Shown piece after piece: positions 26,513-34,076 of a DNA stretch of 36,226 bases (position 1 is its first letter; each line of letters starts with the position of its first letter). This stretch comes from Thermoplasmata archaeon. GTDB taxonomy: Archaea; Thermoplasmatota; Thermoplasmata; Thermoplasmatales; GCA-001856825. The notes under the pieces were generated by a model, which did no database searches, had not been told where the DNA came from, and was given only the letters and a program-made list of their open reading frames with translations. The translations under genes and the position numbers were made by a program. The stretch is from the NCBI GenBank assembly GCA_021831005.1, contig JAKBNO010000052.1:1-36226 (forward strand), read 5' to 3'.

Positions 26513-26981
26513 CTTTCTCTTCCTCCTCTTCTTCGTCTTCTACCTTTTCTTCATCTGCCTCTTTCTCAGGCTGAGTGGCTGCTTCCTCCCCTTCCTTCTT
26601 CTCCTCGGGCTTAGCCGGCTCTGGTTCTGGTTCGGGCTCCTCCTGAACGGTGATGTTCCTCAGCAGCGCGAGCTTTGTCAACCTCTCCTTCCTCTTCTTG
26701 TCTTCTAGCATGAGCTTGGTGAGTACAACGGCTGACGGATCGAGCTTCCTCGGTTTCATCTTGCCGTCTGCCTTCGAGATGTTTATGTTTTCTATGATGA
26801 CTTTTCCCTTGTCGGTTAATATCTTGATTACCTTCCCTTCCTTCCCCACTATGTTCAGTTTCTCGTCCTTCTCCGCATCTCCCCTGACAATCCTTACGAT
26901 GTCACCCTTTCGTATCGGGAAATTCTTCACTCCATACTTTGAAATCAGATCCTTTGAAAGATGTACGCTAACGTTCTTCAT
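26505..26981 (-). CDS. rpl24: 50S ribosomal protein uL24 with acidic C-terminal tail
   Basis: LSKDL..KYG...PIRKGDIVRIVRG KOW motif, KADG; located between uL14 and eS4. Confidence 0.92.
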   Translation of the reverse strand: MKNVSVHLSKDLISKYGVKNFPIRKGDIVRIVRGDAEKDEKLNIVGKEGKVIKILTDKGKVIIENINISKADGKMKPRKLDPSAVVLTKLMLEDKKRKERLTKLALLRNITVQEEPEPEPEPAKPEEKKEGEEAATQPEKEADEEKVEDEEEEEEKDE

Positions 26982-26990
26982 GGTATCACC

Positions 26991-27389
26991 TCACACTATG
27001 GAGCTGGCAAGGGCAGCCACCCTTGGCCATCTCTCGGCGGCCTCCTTCGCCACTGGACCCTTTATCTCCGTTCCCCTCGTTTCCCCGTTGTCCTGCACGA
27101 GGACTGCTGCGTTGTCTTCAAACTCGACCATGATTCCGTCCTGCCTCCTGAATGTCTTGCGCTGCCTGATAACCACAGCGTAGACTACCTTCCTCCTCAT
27201 CTCTGGAGAACCCTTCTTGACTGAGGCTATTATCATATCCCCAACCGAAGCGGCAGGTATCCTGCTCTTCGTGTTGTGGTAAGCCTTCACGTTGATGAGT
27301 GCGATTATCTTCGCTCCGGAATTGTCCGCGCACTCGAGGTTGGCGCCCAGTGGGAGCCCCCTGATCTGCGTCCCTGCGAGTCCCTTCAA
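26991..27389 (-). CDS. rpl14: 50S ribosomal protein uL14
   Basis: CADNSGAK, FEDNAAV, IKGPVAKEAAERWP. Confidence 0.96.
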   Translation of the reverse strand: MKGLAGTQIRGLPLGANLECADNSGAKIIALINVKAYHNTKSRIPAASVGDMIIASVKKGSPEMRRKVVYAVVIRQRKTFRRQDGIMVEFEDNAAVLVQDNGETRGTEIKGPVAKEAAERWPRVAALASSIV

Positions 27390-27712
27390 TCCGATCCCTC
27401 CCTCTCTATCACTACGAATGAGACTGATTTTGCGAGCGGTCTAGCGTAAGCTATCTTTACGACATCTCCCAGCTTCACGTGAATGCAGCCTGGCAGGTGT
27501 GCGTGATACTTCTTCCTCCTCTTCTCGTATCTCTCGTACTTCTCATTCTTCTTCATGTATTCTTTCAATACCGTCACAGTCCCCTTCATGGATACCGAAG
27601 TGATCTTCCCCTCAATGACAGGGGACTTCACTCCTAGTTCTCCGTGGAATGGGCACTTTGAATCGGTGCATTCTTCCTTGGGTTCGTTAACTTCTATGCC
27701 TATGTTCCTCAT
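27386..27712 (-). CDS. rps17: 30S ribosomal protein uS17
   Basis: CTDSKCPFHG, KYERYEKRR, RPLAKS. Confidence 0.95.
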   Translation of the reverse strand: MRNIGIEVNEPKEECTDSKCPFHGELGVKSPVIEGKITSVSMKGTVTVLKEYMKKNEKYERYEKRRKKYHAHLPGCIHVKLGDVVKIAYARPLAKSVSFVVIEREGSD

Positions 27713-27966
27713 TGTCTTCCCTTTCTCCTTATTTTCTTCATCTTGTCCTCTGGTCTGAACCCCATCTTCTCGAGGTCGGCCATCTGACCGTCAATCAGCA
27801 GTATTCCCTTCGTCTTGGGCAGTAACTTCCGTCCCTTTGCAGTCTCGAGAGCCAGGATGTTCTTTCTCTCGTCAACTACCTTGCCCTCCAGTCCAACCAT
27901 GGTGGGATCGGAGTGCTTTATCACTCTCACCTCTGTTCCAACTACGTCGGTAAGGTACGGGTTCAT
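27709..27966 (-). CDS. rnp1: Ribonuclease P protein component 1 (Rpp29)
   Basis: VVG.EVRV...VGLEGKVVDERKN, RPEDK; conserved position before uS17. Confidence 0.88.
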   Translation of the reverse strand: MNPYLTDVVGTEVRVIKHSDPTMVGLEGKVVDERKNILALETAKGRKLLPKTKGILLIDGQMADLEKMGFRPEDKMKKIRRKGRQ

Positions 27967-28253
27967 TGAGAGACCTCGACCTTGAATCCCATTTCCTCGA
28001 GGACCTTCTTCACTTTATCCCTCTGGTCCCCCTGCAGCTCGATCTTCTCTCCCTTCAGCGTTCCGCCCGTAGCCGTTTTCTTTTTCAGAGTCTTAGTCAG
28101 CTCCTTCAGGTCTTCCGAGTGCGGGTCGAAACCGGAGACTATCGTCATCCATTTCCCGTACCGCCTCTTGTCAGTCTCTATCGTGACAACCTGTGATTCC
28201 CTTGCGATTTCGTCAAGGGGCATGAGTTCCCTGAAAATCTTGTCATCCTTCAT
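27963..28253 (-). CDS. sui1: Translation initiation factor aIF1 (SUI1 family)
   Basis: RRYGKWMTIVSG, LKKKTATGGTLK, IELQGD. Confidence 0.93.
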   Translation of the reverse strand: MKDDKIFRELMPLDEIARESQVVTIETDKRRYGKWMTIVSGFDPHSEDLKELTKTLKKKTATGGTLKGEKIELQGDQRDKVKKVLEEMGFKVEVSQ

Positions 28254-28450
28254 TTCTCTGTCTCCCTCATTACTGTTTCCATTCTCGCTACCTGTCTCCT
28301 TAGCGATTCTATCTTGCCGGGACTCGGTGGAGCACCACCCATAGCTGAGATACCCCTCTCCCTCATGAGCTCTTCACGGAGTTCTCCGTACTTCTTCTTG
28401 ATCTCTTCCTTATTCATTTTGCGTATCGACTTTGCCTTCATTTCCTCCAT
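28250..28450 (-). CDS. rpl29: 50S ribosomal protein uL29
   Basis: IRKM, ELREELMRER, GGAP..PGKI..LRRQVARMET. Confidence 0.92.
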   Translation of the reverse strand: MEEMKAKSIRKMNKEEIKKKYGELREELMRERGISAMGGAPPSPGKIESLRRQVARMETVMRETEK

Positions 28451-29060
28451 TGCCCGTCACCTCCCCGAAATTTACCTTCCTGACCTGGATGTCGTCCGGC
28501 AGCTTCACGTTCTTCCTCAGAATCTTTACCGTGATGCCTATGATCCCTGGCTTTGTCATCGCGACCGCAAACCCCTTCTCTATCGATTCAGATGGATACC
28601 CGGATGAAATGACCTTGCCTGACGTGTACTTCACGCTTCTCGACCTCTCTCCGGTGAGCTTGCCTCCCATCCTTACCTGTCCTCCCCTCGCTCCGGAGTC
28701 CATTATCCTCTTCAGTATGCTGTGGCCTGCCCGCCTGAAGTGCCAGCCCTTCTCGATCGATCTGGCCAGCTTTTGCGCCATGATCTGTGCGTTCAGACCG
28801 GGCTCCTCCGTCCCTTCCACTTTAATCAACGGGCTCGTTAGACCGAATTTCTTCTCGAGCATGACTTCCATTCCCTTTATCTTGGAACCCCTTCTTCCGA
28901 TGACGAGACCCGGTCTTTCGACCCTCAACATCACGATGGTGTTCTGGGGCGTCCTCTGTATGTCGACTCCCCCGAATCCTGCGTCGCCGATCTCGTGGAT
29001 GAGATATTCCCTGATGAGTTGCCTTCTGATGTTCTCCTTTAGAAACTTCAATTCCTTCAT
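28410..29060 (-). CDS. rps3: 30S ribosomal protein uS3
   Basis: KH domain RPGLVIGRRG, GWHFRRAG, GKLTGERSR. Confidence 0.95.
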   Translation of the reverse strand: MKELKFLKENIRRQLIREYLIHEIGDAGFGGVDIQRTPQNTIVMLRVERPGLVIGRRGSKIKGMEVMLEKKFGLTSPLIKVEGTEEPGLNAQIMAQKLARSIEKGWHFRRAGHSILKRIMDSGARGGQVRMGGKLTGERSRSVKYTSGKVISSGYPSESIEKGFAVAMTKPGIIGITVKILRKNVKLPDDIQVRKVNFGEVTGNGGNEGKVDTQNE

Positions 29061-29512
29061 TCTGACTCCTCCTCCAGTTCCTCCAGAACTATCTGGATGT
29101 GTACCCTCTCCCTGTAGAACTTTCCACTCGAACCGAATGCCTTGTATGTGAAGTACTTGATGGGCGGTGCAGGTTGTGCAACCGCGCTCTTTATTATGAG
29201 CTTCTCGGAATCGAGCTGCTTGAACTCAGCATTGTTCTCAGCGCTTGTAAGCGTTTCGAGAACAAACTTTGCTGCCCTGACGGGGTATCTCCCCGGTCCA
29301 ACTCCCTTCTTGTGCGATACCGAGTCCAGGAACTTCCTGTACGGGACCGCATTCTTCTTCAGGATCACGTTCTCGAGGTAGTCCTTTGCCCTCTCCAGCT
29401 TCATTCCCTTGACCGTCCTTACCACTTCGAGCGCGTCCCTCGGTGAGATCGGTGTGTTCACTGATGTCGCCCTTGCACTTTTCTTCTTGTCGGTTTCTAG
29501 TACATACTTCAT
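29057..29512 (-). CDS. rpl22: 50S ribosomal protein uL22
   Basis: PGRYPVRAA, AENNAE, HIQIVL. Confidence 0.94.
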   Translation of the reverse strand: MKYVLETDKKKSARATSVNTPISPRDALEVVRTVKGMKLERAKDYLENVILKKNAVPYRKFLDSVSHKKGVGPGRYPVRAAKFVLETLTSAENNAEFKQLDSEKLIIKSAVAQPAPPIKYFTYKAFGSSGKFYRERVHIQIVLEELEEESE

Positions 29513-29521
29513 ATCAAGACC

Positions 29522-29977
29522 TCACTTCAGGGGCAAGAACTTTGAACCCCTCGTGGCTCCAACTCCCGGTCCGGAGTGTTTGACTTCCTTCCTGGTCTGT
29601 GAATACTCACCAATGTAGTGTCCGATCATATCTTCCTTGATAGTGAAAGTCTGATAGAGGTGGCCGTTGTAGACTGAAATAGTCTTGCCAACGTACTGAG
29701 GTATGATTATGAGGTCCCTCACCCTCGTCTTGATAGAATCTTCCTCCAGGAGCCTGTCGTGGAGTCTCTGCTGCTCGATGTTGTATCCCCTCTTCAGGGA
29801 TCTTCTAGCCCTCGCCGGTATGAGCTTCAGGAGTTCCGGCAGTTCCAGAGCAACCAGCTGATCCAGAGTCTTGCCCTTGTACAGTATCTCCTTTCCTCTC
29901 TCGGCTATCGCCTTCGTTGCCTTCCTCTTGGACCTCTTGATGGCCCCCTGTGATCTAATAATCTGCTTTTCAGGCAT
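29522..29977 (-). CDS. rps19: 30S ribosomal protein uS19
   Basis: RARRSLKRG, MIGHYIGEY, GVGATRGSKFLPLK. Confidence 0.95.
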   Translation of the reverse strand: MPEKQIIRSQGAIKRSKRKATKAIAERGKEILYKGKTLDQLVALELPELLKLIPARARRSLKRGYNIEQQRLHDRLLEEDSIKTRVRDLIIIPQYVGKTISVYNGHLYQTFTIKEDMIGHYIGEYSQTRKEVKHSGPGVGATRGSKFLPLK

Positions 29978-30677
29978 TTGTCTTCACCTTCTTTCTTGGG
30001 GACAGTCTACCAACCTTCCTTCCTGGCGGGGTATTCCTGCCAACGGTCGAAGGTCTTCCAACGTGCTGGTGGTTTCCTCCACCATGAGGATGGTTCACAG
30101 CATTCATGGCGACGCCTCTGACGGAGAATGGCCTCTTCGCCCTGCTGGAATAAGCGTGAATCTTCTTTCCTGCCTTCAGGAATGGTTTCGTGTTTCTTCC
30201 TCCCCCACCTGTGACTCCGATTGTCGCGAGGCACGACGGCTTGATGTCTCTCATCTTTCCGGAAGGAAGCTTGAGCGTAACGTTCTCTCCGTGCGCCACA
30301 ACAGTGCAGAAAGATCCCGGAGTCCTTGCAATGTTCCCTCCGGAACCGGGTCTCAGTTCGATGTTGTATACTACGGATCCATCGGGTATCAAACCAAGCG
30401 GAAGGGTGTTTCCAACTTTTGAAGGAGCGTCAAGTCCTCCCTTGACTTTCTGTCCTGCAAACATTCCGTTGTGTGCAATGAAATGTGATGTGCTCTGGTC
30501 GTTCATCCTTACCACAGCCACCGGTGCATAATGACCGGGATCCCTTACGAGTCTTTCCACTTTACCCTCCCAGTTCTTTTCGCTTGGATACCTGATCTGA
30601 CCGTAATGCCTGTGGCTCGGGCTTTTGTACATAAGCCCGCCCTTTCCTCTTCTCTGAACTAATAATCTCTTTCCCAT
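29970..30677 (-). CDS. rpl2: 50S ribosomal protein uL2
   Basis: MGKRL..QRRG, VRGVAMNAVNHPHGGG, PPGRKVG. Confidence 0.96.
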   Translation of the reverse strand: MGKRLLVQRRGKGGLMYKSPSHRHYGQIRYPSEKNWEGKVERLVRDPGHYAPVAVVRMNDQSTSHFIAHNGMFAGQKVKGGLDAPSKVGNTLPLGLIPDGSVVYNIELRPGSGGNIARTPGSFCTVVAHGENVTLKLPSGKMRDIKPSCLATIGVTGGGGRNTKPFLKAGKKIHAYSSRAKRPFSVRGVAMNAVNHPHGGGNHQHVGRPSTVGRNTPPGRKVGRLSPRKKVKTNA

Positions 30678-30686
30678 GTTTTCACC

Positions 30687-30956
30687 TCAGAATATTCCCA
30701 GCTTTGTAGCTAGTTCCTCCGCCGAGAAATCTTTTGAAATCTTCACGATCGCCTTCTTTCCTTCCTTGTCTCTCAAAATGTTGACGTTGCTAACCTTCAT
30801 CTCTGAAATCTCCTCGACTGCTCTCTTGACCTGGTCTCTCGTCGCCTTCTCGTTGACGATGAACCATATCTTGTTGTCTCTCTCGATCTGAAGCATCGAC
30901 TTTTCTGTGACGAATGGCTTCAGAAGAATGTCATAAGGACTCTTCAAATCTTCCAC
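30687..30956 (-). CDS. rpl23: 50S ribosomal protein uL23
   Basis: PFVTEKS, GKKAIVK, ATKLGIF. Confidence 0.94.
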   Translation of the reverse strand: MEDLKSPYDILLKPFVTEKSMLQIERDNKIWFIVNEKATRDQVKRAVEEISEMKVSNVNILRDKEGKKAIVKISKDFSAEELATKLGIF

Positions 30957-31702
30957 CCCCTCACATCGTTCAAAGCTCCTTCCGTCATGACCAGCAACCT
31001 GCCGGGATGCCCTCCCGGGGCAAGCACATAAGCGTTCAGCTCTTCGGGCCTCACTATGTCCACGCCTGGAAGATTCTTCAGAGCCTTTGAAATGTGCGAC
31101 TTGTCCTTGACTACGAAGAGTATGCTCTTGGGTGTCACGTACTTTCTTCCCCTGCTCTTTCCCCTTCCTGCCCTGATCTTTGTTCCTTCCTTTGATCTCA
31201 CTATATCGGCGAACACTCCGACGTTCTCAAGAACGTCAGTTGCCTCGCTCGTCTTCTCGATCAACTCGAATTTGTCTTCGAGAATAACCGGAAGCGATTC
31301 GACTGTGAATTTGTGACCCCTCTGTTTCACCATTTCTGGCGAAACGGTGCAGGACAGTGCAGACAACTTTGCCTGGACTTTCTCCTTCTTGTTCACCTTC
31401 ATGCTCCAGTCCTTTTCCGTTACCGGATGGTGGGCTGACCTTCCTCCCCTTGCATTACTCAGGAGTACTCCCCTCGAGCTGCCGGAGACCCTTGGGTATC
31501 TGGAGATACCGTGGTTGGGTCCCATATTATGACCGACCCTCCTATTACCTGCGAACCAGTAACTTCCGTAAGGTGTTCTTCCGTTCGATTGATATGCGTT
31601 TGTGAACCTGATTATCAGGTCCCTCCTTATTGGATAATTGAAAGCTTCTGGAAGGTCAACGTTCTTCACAACCTTGCCATCCAGTGAAAATAAATTTGTC
31701 AT
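30944..31702 (-). CDS. rpl4: 50S ribosomal protein uL4
   Basis: IRRDLI, RGGRSAHHP, KIRAGRGKSRGR, LAPGGHPGRL. Confidence 0.95.
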   Translation of the reverse strand: MTNLFSLDGKVVKNVDLPEAFNYPIRRDLIIRFTNAYQSNGRTPYGSYWFAGNRRVGHNMGPNHGISRYPRVSGSSRGVLLSNARGGRSAHHPVTEKDWSMKVNKKEKVQAKLSALSCTVSPEMVKQRGHKFTVESLPVILEDKFELIEKTSEATDVLENVGVFADIVRSKEGTKIRAGRGKSRGRKYVTPKSILFVVKDKSHISKALKNLPGVDIVRPEELNAYVLAPGGHPGRLLVMTEGALNDVRGWKI

Positions 31703-31703
31703 C

Positions 31704-32693
31704 TTACGCCCCCTGCTTGCTCTCTACGGACACGTACGTCATTCCCACTTTCTCAACATCTGGGACGTACTGTCTGGCCGGATCCCTCAGCTTGATCAGT
31801 CTCTTTGTAGAGCCTGGAACGGTTCCATGAACAAGTATGTAGCTGTTCACGACCTCACCATAGTTCAGGAACCCGCCCTTCGGCGTGATTGCCTTCTCCT
31901 CTGGCTTTCCGTAGAACAGGACTCTCTTGTTGAATTCGGTTCTCTGATGGAAACCCATCTGTCCTGCTTGTGGGACTGTGTTCCTGACCCAGTCGGGGTG
32001 CCATGGTCCCAGCGTACCTATCATTCTCCTGTGCTTCCTGTTCTTGCGAGGGAGGAGTTTCACTCCCCATCTCTTCACGTGACCCTGGAATCCTTTTCCC
32101 TGAGTAATCGCTATGATATCAACAAACTTTCCTGACCTTGAAAATGAATCGAAACTGACCTCTTTACCAAGCAGAGATTTTGCGTAATCTATCCTCTCTT
32201 TTATCGATCCCCCTCCGACCCTTATTTCTGTCAGGTCAGGGACCTTCTTTGAGATTGCCTTCACCTTTTCATTCTGTACCAAGACAAGAACGTTCACTTC
32301 AACTGCGTCAGCACCGTCCAGTTCCTTGGGCTTGTACTCCTTGGAAATTGGAAGTATTTTCTTGAGTTCGTTCAGCGAACCGCTGTCATAAACTTCTCCA
32401 ATAGCGTGTTCCCCGTATGCATCCCTTCCGTACAGCCTGATTCCAGCCACCTTGAGTGGTGGAACCTCAATGACCGTCACGGATGAAGCGACCTCTGATC
32501 CTGCGGTCGTGCTGCTCTTCCTATAATCCACGAACAGCGCGTGCGTCATTCCTGCCTTGAATCCAACAAAGCCCTGAAGTTTTGGACCCTCGTGGATTTG
32601 CGGCCAGGACCTAACGTGGGGTATTACTGATCTTGCTCTCTTTCTGGGATAGTATCCCATAGACCCATGTCTCGAATGATTTGGTGTTGCCAT
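31704..32693 (-). CDS. rpl3: 50S ribosomal protein uL3
   Basis: RHGSMGYYPRKRA, GFKAGMTH, GKGFQGHVKRWG, PQAGQMGFHQRTE. Confidence 0.96.
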   Translation of the reverse strand: MATPNHSRHGSMGYYPRKRARSVIPHVRSWPQIHEGPKLQGFVGFKAGMTHALFVDYRKSSTTAGSEVASSVTVIEVPPLKVAGIRLYGRDAYGEHAIGEVYDSGSLNELKKILPISKEYKPKELDGADAVEVNVLVLVQNEKVKAISKKVPDLTEIRVGGGSIKERIDYAKSLLGKEVSFDSFSRSGKFVDIIAITQGKGFQGHVKRWGVKLLPRKNRKHRRMIGTLGPWHPDWVRNTVPQAGQMGFHQRTEFNKRVLFYGKPEEKAITPKGGFLNYGEVVNSYILVHGTVPGSTKRLIKLRDPARQYVPDVEKVGMTYVSVESKQGA

Positions 32694-32706
32694 TCTTACC
32701 ACTGCT

Positions 32707-32784
32707 GCACAGCCGTTGCGTCTTGATGTGTTCTTAATTTCAGAACCATCATTGGCACTATGGCCAGAGACGTGTGGCTAATGC
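32707..32784 (-). promoter_or_regulatory. Structured 5' leader (three-way junction) of the uL3 operon, candidate ribosomal leader
   Basis: Four nested helices found by eye; the structure starts at the transcription start expected from the TATA box. Confidence 0.6.
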
Positions 32785-32805
32785 TCTTTCGACAGAACCT
32801 GTTCG

Positions 32806-32813
32806 TATATAAA
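32806..32813 (-). promoter_or_regulatory. TATA box of the ribosomal superoperon
   Basis: TTTATATA preceded by purine-containing BRE-like CGAACCA on the minus strand. Confidence 0.7.
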
Positions 32814-33086
32814 TGGTTCGCAATTGATGGCTTTGTCGTTAAATTTTCAAGAAAACGACACATATAAGATATTAACTATAGATGCACATGTTCGGCTGCG
32901 TTGATTGGAATGCTGATGTAACGCATTCGCACCGATGACTGGAAATGTAGTTGCAAATAGATACATTCAAAATTGTTTTGTTTGTCGAACTCTGCTCCGC
33001 TCCTCATCAGGATCTTTCGTAGGGGAACAGGTCACTGTCCTCTAACGTCGCTCAGGGACGCGAGATCTGTGTTACTCTCCAGGCAC

Positions 33087-33299
33087 TCACAGAGGAGGTG
33101 GAAAATCCCACTCTACGGTAACCTTGATCCTCGGAGGTATTCCTCCTGCTAGTGCTTGGATGTCCTTGACAAAGAGCTCAATCGTAGCTTTCTTATCGAT
33201 GTGCTTAAGCCCCAGTTCCGCAGGGCCAGAATAATAAGCTGCGTATCTGGTCATCCCTTTAAACTGGTCTAGCACCATATCTAACTCTAGAATGCCCAT
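33087..33299 (-). CDS. Hypothetical protein, 70 aa
   Basis: ATG start with upstream GTGGT SD-like site and CTTATAAG box at 33343-33350; protein-like composition; no family recognised. Confidence 0.6.
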   Translation of the reverse strand: MGILELDMVLDQFKGMTRYAAYYSGPAELGLKHIDKKATIELFVKDIQALAGGIPPRIKVTVEWDFPPPL

Positions 33300-33393
33300 T
33301 TTTTACCACTTCTCGAATCTGTGATTGAACTAATGAAATGCTCTTATAAGCATTATCCAGAGGTGGGCGTTCGTAAGAACACCTTTCAGAAAA

Positions 33394-34023
33394 TTAAATT
33401 CTGACCTGTCTTTCACCTTTCGCGAAAAGCTCTCCAATTTCTAGGACTCTTTCAAAATACACAAAATTGCCAGGTACGAAAGATTTCTTTCCCATTTCGA
33501 GAAGCGTCTCATTCCTTTCCTTTTCGTCGGCAAGCATCACTTTCAAGGAAAGATAAGCGGTCTTCCCTTGAATTAGTTCTCTGCCGGATCTGAACGGAAC
33601 TGCAGCGATACCATACAGTTCTGTCGGATCAGGTCGGAACTTCCTAAATTTCTTCTTCGCCTTTGTGAAGTATACTTCGGAGAACTCCCTGACTTGGACA
33701 CCTTCCCCCTTGTAATCAAACTTATTTTGTCCCACAAATGTCAACTCTGAAGTTCTTAACCTTATCCCAACTTCTTCCTCAATCTCTCTCAATAGCGCTT
33801 CTTCCGCGGATTCTCCTGCAGTTATATGCCCCCCTACTGTAGCGTCAAGCAATCCGGGAAAGGCAACGTTCTTGCCCCTGATCTGGAAGTAGACAGAATC
33901 TGAATCAATGAGCCACCACTGTGCAGTCTTATGAAGTGAACCGATCCGGTGGGCTGTTTCCCGTTCAGTGATCCCTGTAATTTTCAACGATTCGTCGTAG
34001 ACATCAACAAACTCCGTCTTCAT
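33394..34023 (-). CDS. Nudix hydrolase (IDI-1-like N-terminus)
   Basis: AHRIGSLH, GGHITAGESAEEALLREIEEEVG complete Nudix box. Confidence 0.88.
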   Translation of the reverse strand: MKTEFVDVYDESLKITGITERETAHRIGSLHKTAQWWLIDSDSVYFQIRGKNVAFPGLLDATVGGHITAGESAEEALLREIEEEVGIRLRTSELTFVGQNKFDYKGEGVQVREFSEVYFTKAKKKFRKFRPDPTELYGIAAVPFRSGRELIQGKTAYLSLKVMLADEKERNETLLEMGKKSFVPGNFVYFERVLEIGELFAKGERQVRI

Positions 34024-34076
34024 GATATGATTAAAAAGAACAATAGGGAAGAAAAATACTTTCCCCGAATCTCAGA

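Noticed and set aside
26510..26645. Low-complexity purine-rich repeats (GAA/GAG runs, EPEPEP)
   Set aside because: Explained by the acidic tail of uL24; not a DNA repeat element.
21453..32365. Numerous long antisense and alternate-frame ORFs over the ribosomal operon (for example 23958-24743, 28432-29151)
   Set aside because: They overlap well-conserved genes and show Ser/Phe/Leu/Pro-rich shadow composition with no recognisable motifs.
33003..33019. CGAAA and CTGATGAG on the minus strand, resembling hammerhead ribozyme core motifs
   Set aside because: Only 4 nt separate GAAA from CUGAUGA, leaving no room for stems I and III, and the downstream candidate reads GACA, not GAAA.
33394..34023. 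Type 1 IPP isomerase call for the Nudix gene
   Set aside because: No catalytic Cys in the expected segment (LLDATVGGH), and a complete hydrolase-type Nudix box is present.
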